64,000 nucleotides of DNA from Camelus dromedarius (taxonomy: Eukaryota). The stretch is taken from assembly GCF_036321535.1 (NCBI RefSeq), contig NC_087452.1:1426001-1490000 (forward strand). The letters run 5' to 3'. A program made the position numbers and the translations under genes. Shown in pieces: positions 12,161 to 24,275 of this stretch (position 1 is the stretch's first letter; the number at the start of each line of letters is the position of its first letter). The notes below the pieces were generated by a model. That model did not search any database. It was given only the letters and a program-made list of their open reading frames with translations, and was not told where the DNA came from.

Positions 12161-13604
12161 CAGAAGCCTCCTCGCCTCAAAGCCTCGGGTGCGTCCTTGA
12201 AAAGAGATGCCCCCTGGGGCCCTGCTTTGGGCTGAAGGCTGGGGTGCAGGCTCCCCGCCTGCTGCCCACATGGAGTGAAGTCATGGGCAGGCGTCCTGCA
12301 TGGGCTGGGGCAGGAGGGGCAGCTGCGATTGGCAGGCCCCCGACCGGCCAGGCTAATGCACCAGCAACGAGATAAGGCTTATCTGGAAATGTCCCTGGAA
12401 TCGAGACTCTGATGGAAACAGGCTTCTGGGTTAATATATTTTTGATAGATAAAGTCTCGTCCCCAGGAAGCCCTGGGGACCCAGGCCAGGAGAAGGGGCA
12501 GCTTCCGCTCTCCCAGGCCTCCTGCCCTGGCCGGCCTGTGTGCACGTAGGTGCCTGTGTGTGTATGTCCGCGTGTGCACACAGATCTTGGTGTCTGGTGT
12601 GTCTGTGGGTGTGTGGTGAAGAAGTGGGTGCACAGGGTGGAGACACGCATGTGTCCAGGGCCTCTTCCCCAGGACTTGGTGGGATGGGAGACCCACTCTG
12701 CAGACCCAGAGCCTCCCTGAGGTGGCCCAGGACCCTCTCCTTGCCGGCTCACCCCTGGGTTCACCTGGGCCTCAGGCCTCCCCAGCCTCCTCACGGGGTG
12801 TAGGGATCCCAGGTTCCCTTTAGAGGCCGTGGCCACCTGGCCTCAGCCCCCCAGCTCCTAGTTCACTCACGTCTGTCCCCCAGGGCTGTGACTGGGGTGA
12901 GGGGAAGCTTCTCGCCAAGAGGCCCTTTGGGCAAGGTCTTGAAGAGAATAGGAGTGTGCCAGTGGTGGTGGGGGGGGTGACGTTCCCACAGTGTAACAGC
13001 AGGACCGAGGGCTCAGGTGAGAGGGCTGGGGGGCTGTGTGGTGAGGTTTCGGACCCCAGGTTCCCCCAGCCCTTGCCTCCAGGATCCTCCACACTGGTAG
13101 AGCTGATTAAAAAGAGTAATTAGCACTTGGCTGATAAGAGTCGTGCCATTAGCCTAGCTCAGCCAGCACCAGAGCTTGATGGCGGGGAGGGGCCAGGGGT
13201 GCCGCGGGTGGGGGGTGGGCGGCTGACTCCACCCCAGGCTTGCAGGGGTCTGCTGCAGGAGCCCCTCACCTGTGCTGAGGGCCAGGACGGGGCCGGGCAG
13301 AGGCCTTGAAGGGCAGGCGCAGGGAGAGTGTCAGATGGGGGTTCGAGAGACCCCTGCCCTGCCCTCAAGGTGCCCCAGCTCTGGACACTGTAGCCAGACC
13401 CCAGGGTCTCCCAGGGGCAGGGACCCTGTGGGTTGGAGGACCTCCCAGGGCTGGTTGGTGATCAGCCCCAAAGGGAGCTGAGCAGAGGCCCCAGCAAGCA
13501 GGGGCCCGGGGAGGAAGAAGAGGAAGTTTGGGAAGGTTTGAGGGTTCGGCACAAGGAGATGGACCTCCGGAGCAGGGACAGAGGAGCAAAGAAGCCCAAA
13601 GTTG

Positions 13605-13660
13605 GTCATTCCACATTTATTGAGCACGTTCTGTGTGCTGGGCCCTGGGGTCACTGCCCT
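13605..13660 (-). mobile_element. LINE-2 3' end fragment
   Basis: tcattccacatttattgagcacgttctgtgtgctggg resembles the reverse of the L2 tail. Confidence 0.6.
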
Positions 13661-16294
13661 GTGCTCGCTGGATGCTGTGGGGCAGGGCAGCCTGGACCCC
13701 GCGTCCGCAGGCAGGATGGCTGCCCTGCGTGCCCACCCCACTCAGGCCAGCAGGTTAGAGGCCGCGCCCCCATGAGGTGTTGTTCAGTGCTCCCCCCGAC
13801 CCAGTGTTATGGCCAGGCCTGGCGGGGAGACAGTGCAGCAGACAAACGGCCACTTCCTGCGGCCACAGCTGGGCTCCAGATAAAGGCCCCTGGGGAGCCC
13901 CAGCCAGCCTGGGGAGGCTGGGGTGAGGGGCTGGGTCAGTCGCCCAGCTCGCCTCTCAGGGGGCACCCAGACTCAGCCCGAGACGCCAGGCCCCCGGCGC
14001 AGTCACCGCCGGGCCGGGCGGGCGTCCGGCTGCTCCCTGCCGCCCCGCTCTGCCTGGGCCGGGGCCGCTCTCCCCTGGCCTGCACCCCAGGCTGGGCCCC
14101 CTGAGCCCCACCAAGTCAAGCAGGTGACCAGCGGGGTGCCTGTGGCCGGCGCCGCTGTGACAGCAACGTCACCGGGCCGCCCAGGGCCCTTGGGGGGGCC
14201 GCGTGGGTTGGTGGAGGCTGTGTCCGGTGCCCTGACCCGCGCCCTGCCTCCCCCCGCACTCTGCCTCTGCCTCTGGGTCTCCTCCTCCGTCCCTCTTGTC
14301 CTTCACAGGGGACCTTGGCTCCAGCCCAGGCCTGGTTCACCCCTCCCACCCGCCACAACCCAGGGCACGGACTTGCTGGGGGCGCAGGGTGTGTGGGCCT
14401 CGTCGCCTGCAGAGGGCGCTGGTGGAGTCCAGTCGGCTCTCCCTCCCCCATCTCCCCCGACCCCTCCATCACGGTCACCCCCTCAGGCCCTCCTGCAGCC
14501 TCTGGGGCCCGTGCTCACCCCTCCCAGGAACATGGAAAGAGGGGGCTGGACTCAGGCTTCCCCAGAGCTCCAGGGGAGGCCTGGGAGACCCGAATTTCCC
14601 CTGGGCTCCAGAGCTGGAGCCCCAGACACCAGGCTCCTGACCCATCCTGGGCCCACCCAGTTTGTGACCCTCCCAGCCAGTTCCTTACCCTGTGCCTAGA
14701 CTGTCCCCACCGCCGCCACCATCAGGAACCTCACCAGCCCCCAAGGCCAGCACCTCCACGTCCACCGTTGTCACAGATCCCCCGGCAAGGGCTTGTCGGG
14801 AGGGCAGGGCTGGAAGGACCGTGAAGCAGGCGGCCAGCGGAGGGGGATGAGGTGCAATTGAGCAGGCGGGCCGCGGGCTGTGGCACCGACAAAGGCTCAC
14901 GACGGAGCTGGAGAGAGGCCCCGGGAAGCCTGGGGAGCCTCTCAGGGTCCCCGGGCCCTTGCGGGACACAAGATGGGAGCCCACAACCTTGCTGAGCACG
15001 CTGGGCCTCTCAAGTCCACACTCGCGGCCCCTAGGAGACACGGGGCCCGGAGCTCAGGGACCGTCTGGGGGCGAGGGGGTTGCCGAGGCCAAGTCGGAGA
15101 GAGGGAGAGCCAGGGCGTGCTCTGCGGGGCCTGGCCGGAGGGGGCACGCGGGCCGGGGGCAGTGGACGTGGCTTGGGAGGCCCAGCCCACAGCGGGGGCA
15201 GCAGGGGGACCGTGGGCAGGGTCCCGCAGAAGTGAGCAGGGCACCGCTGGGGACAGGTGGGCACGGGCAGACTGTTGTGTCACGGGTGTGGTGTGAGATG
15301 AAGCCCCTGGTCAGATGGGGCGCCGGGCGACCGGGGACAAGGGCTCCAGTCAGCAGCATTCAGCTGGGTGGGGGAAACGCACCTCACTCGCTACCCAGGC
15401 CCACAGGCCTCGCGGCAGCCGGGCCCCCCACCTCCCCTGGGCGGAGTCCAAGTCCAGCAGGCCCCCACCTGGCCCTGAGGGACCCCAGCCTTGGCCGTCG
15501 GTGCTCCTGCCCCCGGCTCAGGGCCCACGCACGCTCTGCCTGCTTCCCTAGGGATGTCAGGTGAGCCCCCCTCTCTCTGAGCCTCTAGGGCTCCCCTCAC
15601 GGGCAGCTCCCAATGGCCAGAGCAAGGTGGGGACCGGAGGACAGCGGGACTCGGAGGGGGGCGTCCTGGCCGTCGGGGGCAGACCTGGCCCGTAACTCCC
15701 AGCACAGCTGTCCCTGGCCAGCGGATGCACTGGAAGGGGAGGAGGGGCGATGGGGCCCCTGCTCCTGGACTGCCTTCACAGAGGGGAACTGAGGCAAGAC
15801 AGAGGGGCCTGGTCCTCTGCCCCGCCACCCTGGCACGGGGAACCCTGTGGGGAGTGGCTTCAGCCAGCTCAGGCCCACTGGGCATAGTGCACATGCCCAG
15901 CATTGGGTCCCGGTGTGGCGCTGGCCCTGGGAACTGGGGGTCTGGGTGCGCGTGTGGATGCGCGGGTGGACATGGGCCACCCCCCCCCCGCCCCAGGGAT
16001 AGTCGAGTGGGCTGCTGATAAGGAGAGACGGTTGTCAGAGTCACAGGGTGCCACTGATAAGACAGACAAGCATCTCCCGGTGGCCGGAAGGTGGTGGGAG
16101 GGGGCCCAGTCCCGGGATGCCCACATCATGGGTGGAAACACTGAGGCTGCCGGTTCCCGGCATGGCCCACCCCACCCTCCCCCGGCCGGAAAACCCCACC
16201 AAGGCCTCTGGGCAGCTGCTACACACAGTGAAGCTAGGGGACCCAGGCCTAGACAGGGATGGTCAGCCAGAGGTCACCTTCAGGGCCTTCTCCC

Positions 16295-16450
16295 AGGGCC
16301 CCCACTGCCTTCACAGTAAAAGCCAAAGTCCTCACCAAGACCCCCAAGGCCCTGCACAACCTGCCCATGGCCCCCCGACCTCTGTCCCGTCACCCTGCCC
16401 CTCACCCACCTGCTCCAGCCACTGGCTCCCACGTCAGGGCCTTTGCGCCA
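16295..16450 (+). mobile_element. LINE-2 fragment
   Basis: acagtaaaagccaaagtcctcacc...aaggccctgcacaacctg resembles the recalled L2 consensus. Confidence 0.55.
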
Positions 16451-17189
16451 GACAACCCCCAGCCTGCCCCCTCCCCCCCAGGAATGGGGCCTCAGTAAAA
16501 GCTGCTCACATTCCACCCCCCTCAGCTTTAGGATTCTCCCCCGCGTTTATGCCCACCCAACACCGAACGTTCTGCTTTTACCTCATTCTTGTGAACTCTG
16601 AGCCGGTGTCTGTCTGTCTGCTCCCTGCTGTCCCGGCACATGCTGGGTGCCCCACTCTGGGTGCCCCTGGGCACTGAGGGCTAAAGGAGTTTGCCCGGGT
16701 TGGTGCAGCTGGCCCGTCGTCGCTGTGGCGAGCGTCTCCGGCCACGCTGGCCTGGCCTGCCGGCCCCACGGCAGCCGTGATCTTCGGGGCTGGGCGCGTG
16801 CTCTCTGGTTTGCCTTGGCCCCCCATCCCGTCACTTTGGTGTGTCTGTGCGGTGCCCGTGTGTGAGGCTGTGCACACGTATGCCCTTACTTCCAGGCCTG
16901 AGTGAGGCCTGGAGGGCTTTCGAGTCGGACAGACCTGAGTCCTGCCCCACCGGCTCCTCCTCTGACAGCAGGTCCTGCCCTGGCCGCCACGGGGCCGCCG
17001 GGGGGGGCTGGGCCTGTGCGCCCCAGCTGGGGTCTCCGTCCCCTTACAAATTAAAGCAGCAAGGAAATGCCATTTTGCATTGATCGAGCCAGTAAACATT
17101 TAAAAGTCTGACAATATTGAGTGCTGTGCAGAGGTGGGGTGACGGGAATGGTCAGTGCGCCGACGGGGTGGCCTCGCACAGCCGCCCCT

Positions 17190-17440
17190 TTCACACATGA
17201 AAAGCGAACGCCCTGTGGGCTCGATCACGCGTGTGCACAGGCCGGAGAAACAGAGGCTGGACTCCCAGATGGTGGGGGTGTCACAGGAGCACACTGCTGT
17301 CCTGTGGGTAGAACCCCGGAACGGGGAAGGAAGCTCCCAACAATGGTATCTTTTACACCGAGAAGAAATTCCGTAGCGTGATGTCGTGCGTGCTTTGTGA
17401 ATATAGGAATGTGCGTCTAAGTGCATAGAAAGAGGCGTGC
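17190..17440 (+). mobile_element. Ancient L1M (L1ME-like) 3' fragment
   Basis: Degenerate L1 3'UTR-like text (caatggtatcttttacacc...gaatataggaatg). Confidence 0.4.
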
Positions 17441-20400
17441 AAGGGTGCGCTCCAAACCGGTGGCCGCCCTCAGCAGGGGCTAGAAAGGGCGGGGTGGGCA
17501 GGGGCACCCTGGCCTTGCCTTCTGTGCTCTAATTTTGTTCAAATAGGCACTATCAGTGCATTGGCCCTGGAGGAGAGATGCAGCACGAAGTGTGGACAGC
17601 AGTGAGGGTCATGCACACCCTGGCGTGCACAGCCACTTGGCCCTCATTTCCTGAAGACCAGGTCCCTGGTCAGTCCTGAGTCAGCAGACAGCAGGCCACC
17701 CCTGAGGGGCGAGGCCTCAGCACTCCTGCGTGTCAGCCTTGGACCCCTCCTGGGCCCTGGACTAGAGCAGCTCCTGCCCTGAGACTGTTGGCAATGGGGT
17801 GGGGCCAGGACCAGCAGGTGACCCCTGAGGAGCCCCTAGGGGTCAGGGACAGCCAGTAACTCAGCCACCTCGGCCCACCCTCAAAGCTGTAGCCCAGAGG
17901 CCAGAGACAGACTGCAGGAAGAGGCTGGGGCCAGACAGCCCTCGGGGGACTTGTCAGAGCTGGAGGTGCATGCTGAGCCCTGTGCTGTAGGGACGGCCCC
18001 AGAGAAAGAGACAGTGAGAAAGGGGAAGAGACAGCCTCCAAGAGAGACAGAGAGGAAGGAGTGAGAGCCAGAGGGATACAGAGGACCCGGAGTGCACCCC
18101 AGGAGGCCCGACACAGGGAAGGGAGGAGGGAGGGAGTCCCGCGGGCCTGCCCGGCTCTGATTGGCCCGGGCTGACTGCAATTAAAGCCCACAATTGATTC
18201 CCTGGGATGACGAGGATCATTTCAATGCAGAGAATTAAGGTTTTCTTCCAAGATGGAAATAAAGATTAATTTGCAATTTCCTTCCTCACTGCACACAGGA
18301 GAACAGCCCCTGCCGGGAAGAGGGCTCAACCTGGCAGGTGGGCTGGGGGTGGGGCGGCCCCTGGGCCCACAGCCTCCCCGGGAGAGGGCAGCCTCCCTGA
18401 GGCTCAGGACCCCGTGTGCCCAAGGTGGGCCTAGAGGGGCCCAGCCTGCGCTCCGCAGACGCAAGGCTGCTGAGCCTGGGTCCTGGTGCCGTGGGGCTCG
18501 GAGGGCACTTCGCTGCCCAGGGCTCTCCTGCCACCCTGTCCACAGCAGGGAGGGTGAGGTTGTAGCTGGCAGTTTCCTCGGGTAGTCCGGGAGTCTGGTG
18601 TCGGGACGGCCAGAGGAGGTGGCAGAAGAGTACCGAGGGGAGAAGGGGAAGGCCCGGCTCCCTCTGCCTGCAGGTCCTTCCTCAGAGCCCCGCCTCCTGC
18701 CGCCCCAGGCACAGCTAACTGAGCCCCACCTGGAACGGACACAGGGCTTCCCTGCAGGGGATACACACGGAGCCAGCAGGTGCGCCCCTCCTCTTCGGCC
18801 GGGGCCCCACTCGCACTCTGTGCTTTTTGCTGGCGGTGCCCCAAGCACAGTCGCAGATGCAGCCTCCAGAGGGTGGCGGCCCTGCTGCCTCCTCCCGACG
18901 CCCCTGACAGAGGCCCGCCCAGTCCCGGGAGGGCCAGAGCGGGGCGGGAGGGGGCCCCGCCGCGGCCATGTCCCCCGGGGCCGGTGCGGCATCCTCAGGC
19001 CTGTCCTTGGCAGGGTGCACTGGGGGGGCCACCTTACCACCTCCACGCTCTCGGGGCCCACCCACTGCCGAGGCCCAGGCCCAGACCAGGTGACCAGGTT
19101 GAGCGCAGAGTCCCGGCTCACCTCGGAGCGAGCTCTTGTCCACCGGCAAGTGAAGGCTCACCCCACTGCTGGGCAGATCCTGACTCCAGGGCCCCGTGAG
19201 AGCGGTGGGAGCACAGGACCTGGGGGCCGGCTGTCTCGCCGGTGGCCTTCTGACATCTTGTCCTCGCCATCCCTGAGTGCCCAGGGGCTGTGTTACGTGT
19301 GACCTCTGGGCAGGGCCTCCAAGATCCCTGAGAATTTGAACTTGGGCTCAGCTGGGCATAGCCCCTGAGACCCACACCCCGTGAGCCTGCCAGACCCTGA
19401 CTCCACTCCCTGCCCAGGTCAGCAATAGCCTGGCATTAGGAAGGGCCTGGAGCTGGCCGTCCTGGCCCCTGTGCCGGCTTCTCCTGAGGGGGGCCTCTGG
19501 ACGACCTCCCGCACACACAGGAGGAACAAGAGCAGCTTCACGAGTGGGGGGGGGGGGGGCACATTCCTCCGGCGGCGGCCCCGTGGCCTTGGCCTATCTC
19601 ACCATCGCCACAGGGCTGAGGGGCTGGGCTGCCCTACAGACCCCCGACCACTCCTCCCCGGCCCACCTGCCGACACCACGTGCCTGGGGCTCCAGCAGGG
19701 CTTCTGAGCCTGGGCCCCTGGTGCTGGGCAGGGCCTACCACGGCCGCACCCCTCCAAGGCCAGCCTCTGCTTACGCCTCCAGGCCCAGGGAGGCCCCTCC
19801 ACGCTCTCCCGACCGAATGACAGCCGAGACGAGCGGCAACTCTGGGGCCCAGAGCCGAGCCATCTCGGGGGACACTCTGGAGCCCCCAGTTCTGCCGTCT
19901 GTCCCCAGCTCTGCTGTCTCCAGGGCCCGGGTTCACCTGCAGGGACTTGGGGGCAGCACCAGGGCTCTCCTCCCAGGCAGCCTTGCAGACTGGCTCCCCA
20001 GGCCAGTGCCTCCAAGAAACTGGGCCCAGAACCCCGGTCCCCTGGCCTCGCCCTCACCCTGAAATGCCCTGGGTGCTATTGGCTGCTGCCTTTTGCTCAT
20101 CTGTTCATTGATTCATTTGGACCAATAATTGGACCAAAGCTTCCTGCACACTTGCCAGGGCCTTGGGGTAGCTTGGAACAGCCTGTGCCCTGAGGAAGGA
20201 CTCACAGGAGGGCAGGGACAGTTGCCACCCTGGCCACCATGTCTGGGAGTCATAGGCTGGCCTCCAGCGAGAGTCAGCATCCAGAGCCTTCCTGCAAATT
20301 CCACAGGCCACCAGTGTGCAGTGGTCACACGACCCCTGGCTGGTTGTTTCCCAGACCCCGCCCACCACAGCAGTCCTGCTTTTAAAGGCAGACAGATCTG

Positions 20401-21419
20401 GGACCCAGCGAGGCCCGGAGCAAGTGCCTCACCCTCTCTGTGCCACACAAAACGGAACGACGGTTGGGGACCTGCCTCTCTGGGTAGTGGTGAGAATGAG
20501 CCGGGCACACAGCAGGCGCTCACTGAATGCCCTAGGCAGCCACTTGGGAAAACAGCCGGGGTGTCTCCTAAAGAGGGGAACGGAGCTGTTGCCAAAAGTG
20601 GGGCAATGCTGATGTTCACCAGCTGAGGACCAGGTAAAGGAAGTGCGGCGCGGCCTCACCCGCCTGGGGTACTACTCCCTGGGATGCTTACGTGCGGTGT
20701 TACTCAGTGACAACGTGGTGACAGTAAAGAGGAGCGAGTGCTCATGCACTGTGCCGCGTGGGTGGGCCCTGAAGACATCGTGCTGAGCGGAAGAGCAGAC
20801 GCAGAAGGTCCCGTCCTGTGGGCTCCACGGAGTGAGCCGTCCAGAACAGGCCGGTGTGCGGAGCCAGAAAGCGGGTGGGGGTCCCTGGGGCTCGGGACGG
20901 AGGGAGGACGAGGGTGGGGGCAGCAGGAGGCTCGGGGGTCTTTCTGGGGTGATGGAATGAGCTGCAAGAGGCCGTGCTGGTGGGCGAACAGCTCCGAGGT
21001 GCCAGAGCTGCTGGCTCTATGCCTTCAAGGGGCGAATTGTGCGGTGCGTCGCGTGGCAATAAGGCTGTGAGAAAAGCAAACCCAAGGCAGGCCATGACCG
21101 TGTGACGCGGCAGTTCCACTCCTGGGTCTGTACCCAAGAGCGCTGAAATCAGAGGCCCACCCAGAAGCTTGCACACCAGTATCAGGGCAGTGATTCAGCA
21201 CAGCCGAAAAGTGGGAAGGACCTTCTTGTCCATCGGCTGACCAACGGGCAAGCAAAGTGTGGGCGCGGCACGCCCGAGGCTCGATCAGCCGCGGAAAGGG
21301 AGGCGACTCCTGCGCACACCCAGCTCGGGCGGGCCTCGGAGGCGCGGCGCCCGGTGAAGCAGCCGGGCAGCAGAGTCGCTTACTGTGTGACTCCCTTCAC
21401 ACAAACATCCCTGGGAGGC

Positions 21420-21640
21420 GGGTCCAGTGTCGCAGAAAGTACCTGTGTGGCGCCAGGGGCTGGGGAAGCTGGAGAGGGGCGTGGCCACTAGCGGGTGTGG
21501 CACTCCCTTTTGGGGACAAAACGTTCTAAACTTAGATTGTGGTGACGGTTGCATCACTCAGTATACATGCTGAAACCACTGAACTGCACACTTTACGTGG
21601 GGGGCTTTATGGCACGTGAGTAATATCTCAAAAAAATGGT
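21420..21640 (+). mobile_element. L1M (L1MB-like) 3' terminal fragment
   Basis: aaacgttctaaacttagattgtggtgacggttgc...aaaccactgaactgcacacttta...atatctc follows the typical L1MB 3' end. Confidence 0.8.
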
Positions 21641-22289
21641 TTAAAACATGATGGCTGCCCCACGACTGTCGTCACGGCCAGGCCTTGGTGGTGGCCCTGT
21701 GCCAGCGGGCCCTGCCCAGGGCCTTGCTGGGCAGGGGACCAGCGCCCACTCCCTGGGGGATGAAGACCAGGACGGGCGGGGAAGGAGCCACACCGGGGAC
21801 CCCGCCAGTTCCTGGCGCCCTTGGGGACCCGCAGCTGCCGGGGCTGCGGGAGAGGCTGGCGGGATTCTGCAGTGGGACTCATGTTGCTCTTGTTTCAAAT
21901 GTTTTATCATCTGTCGTGTTTATCAAGGAAATAGTTCAAACACGGGGAGACGCCCAGAGCATAGCACAGTGAGTCCCAGGCACCGTCGCCGGCGCGGGAA
22001 GCAAGAAGCCACAGGGACCTCCAGGCTCTGCGGTGGAGCCTCCGGGCTATTGTGTCCCCCTCTGCAGACCCCCTGCCCCGCCGTCTCCACTGGGGCCAGG
22101 ACGACCCCTACGGGGGAAGGCAGGGAACCAGCCCCTCCTTTGACTTCCCAGACTGGGGTCCAAGCTCGGCCATCGGGACTCCTCCCCTGCTCCTTCTTTC
22201 TCTCCAGGAAGCCGGTGGCACTGAATCGATCCGAGACCCTGAAGGTCTGCAACTCTGTCTTCAAAAATCGTTGTCTGTCACAGAGTAAA

Positions 22290-22680
22290 AATCACCCTTT
22301 TAAAAGTACAGTTCTACCACATTCACTTGTGCGACACCCCTCTCAACAGTCAAAATGCAGAAGAGTCGCTGCCCTCCAAAGCCTTCATGCCCTGTGCCGT
22401 CTCCTCCTGGCCATCGCTGGTCAGGTTTGTGTCCCTAGAGTTGTGAGTCGTCTGACTGCCACTTAAACGTAGTCGTGTGTGGCTTCTGGGTCCGTCGGCA
22501 CCGGTGCCGGGACAGCGGTGCCTGCTGCCGCTGCGACTAGCCCACCGCACAGGTGTTCACCAGCTGGGGACAGCTGGGTGGTTTCCAGTGCGGGGTAATT
22601 ATGAATAAAGCTGCTACGAACATTCACCTAAGGATCCTTGTGTGAACCTAAGTTATTTCTCCTCGGCAAGCACCGAGGTG
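22290..22680 (-). mobile_element. L1M 3'UTR fragment
   Basis: ggtttccagt...ttatgaataaagctgctacgaacattc...ttgtgtgaac matches the reversed L1MB/ME 3'UTR. Confidence 0.75.
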
Positions 22681-23174
22681 TGGCGCACTGGGCCGTGTGA
22701 GACGCAGTGGCTACCTCCCCTCCTTGTCACCGCCAAGCTGCTTTCCCTCCCGACACCGTGTCCTTGCCCTTCCAACCACCACCCTCTTATCAGGCACCCA
22801 CGTAGGCCCAGCGCTGTGCTGGGCCAGGGGTGGCCATGGCCAGGGTGGGCAAGGGGCTGCCCTCCTGGGCCTGCCAGTCCAACAGGAGAAGCCGATAAGA
22901 ACAAAGAAAACTCCCGCGCACACAGGCTCTGAGGGTGTGAAGCAGGGTGGCAGGAAGGAGGGAGCGCCCAGCGAGGTCCCCCTCACCAGGAGGGTGTGGA
23001 CGGAGACAAAGAGTGGGGTGGAGCTGTCCAATCCAAGACCCAAGGGCTGAGCAGGTACCAAGGCCCTGGGGCAGGCTCGCCCTGTTACGGTGCTGTGATG
23101 TGACGGATTTCCTGGGTACTAACTGTGCCGTCAAAGACATCCCCCTGCATCATCGCACACAACCCTAAGCAAAG

Positions 23175-23285
23175 GGATTACTGTCACCTCCACTTACAGT
23201 GGGGAACTGAGGTTCACAGCAGTGTCACCTGTCTCAGGGCCACAGCCATGGCAGGCAGAGCCGGGATATGAGCCCAGTGGGACCC
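23175..23285 (-). mobile_element. MIR fragment
   Basis: ttacagtggggaactgagg...gcagagccgggatatgagcccag is a MIR core in reverse. Confidence 0.7.
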
Positions 23286-23989
23286 ACAGAAGCGTGCTCA
23301 CCACCGGGGTTCCAACCTGGGGTCCTGCCCTGTGGTTCTGCTGCATGACCCAGGGCGAGTGACTGGCCCTGTCTGAGCCTCTGCCCTCCCACCTGCCCTG
23401 CAGCTGGCAGTGGGAAACGTCTTGGCACCATCGAGCCTGGCAGTGGGCAGGGGGCGTGGCGGTCTGCAGGGCGGGGACAGACCCCGCCCAGCCCCGGGGA
23501 GCCGTGGGCGCTGCGCCGCCGCTGGGCTCCGACAGAGGGCAGGAGCTGCCCGCACGTCCGAGGCCGGCCCAGCACAGGCGAGCGGGTGCAGCGGGGTCGG
23601 CCGCCCCGTGTGTGCAACAGGTCAGGTCGGGGGATGCAGGAACCAGGGCAGGGGCCCAGCCAAGGACGCGGGGGAACAGCACCGGCTGGGGGACGTTTGC
23701 GGTGCTGTCTTGCCAGGCCCGCAAGACCCCAGTCTTGGCCACCCCGCTCTGGGTGCACCTGCCTCCGGGGCTGAATTCAGGAGGCTCACCCCCTAGGCCC
23801 TGCTCCCCCTGCACCTTGGGACAGGGGTCTTCCTCCCAGAAAGTCACCTGCAGGCCTGGGAGGCCTGGCCCCCCAGGGGGCCTCCGGCTCAGCCGGTGAG
23901 GGCCTCCTGAACGTGGCCGGTGGGAACAGAGACGCCTGAGGGTGTAGCACACACCGACTTCAAAGGCTGAGTGTGAAAAACGAATCTAA

Positions 23990-24175
23990 ACTGCCCGGCC
24001 ACCAGGTTTTATGTTGATCACATGTTGAAATGGTAGTATTTTGGACATACTAGGTTAAATAAAGTATAAAAATTGTTTTCATTTTCTTTTTTTAGCATGG
24101 CTATTAAAATGTGAAACCACACGCAAGGCTGGCGTGGCTCTCTATCTGCTTGTGCAGGACGGTGCTTGTCCCTCA
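23990..24175. mobile_element. MER3/MER33-like hAT-Charlie DNA transposon fragment
   Basis: ttgatcacatgttgaaatggtagtattttggacatactaggttaaataaa...gcatggctattaaaatg resembles the recalled MER3/MER33 consensus. Confidence 0.65.
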
Positions 24176-24184
24176 CGCCTACTA

Positions 24185-24275
24185 GCCATTTACTCCTCGT
24201 CTAATCCTCCCCGCGAGACTCCTAGTATTTTCCCCATTGACAGATGGAGAAACTGAGGCGCTGAGAAGTGACGCA
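24185..24275 (-). mobile_element. MIR fragment
   Basis: tttccccattgacagatggagaaactgaggcgctgaga is a MIR core in reverse. Confidence 0.75.

Noticed and set aside
13866-13883. E-box-GATA composite CAGCTG-N6-AGATAA
   Set aside because: Spacing shorter than the canonical 8-9 bp, and no surrounding signs of constraint.
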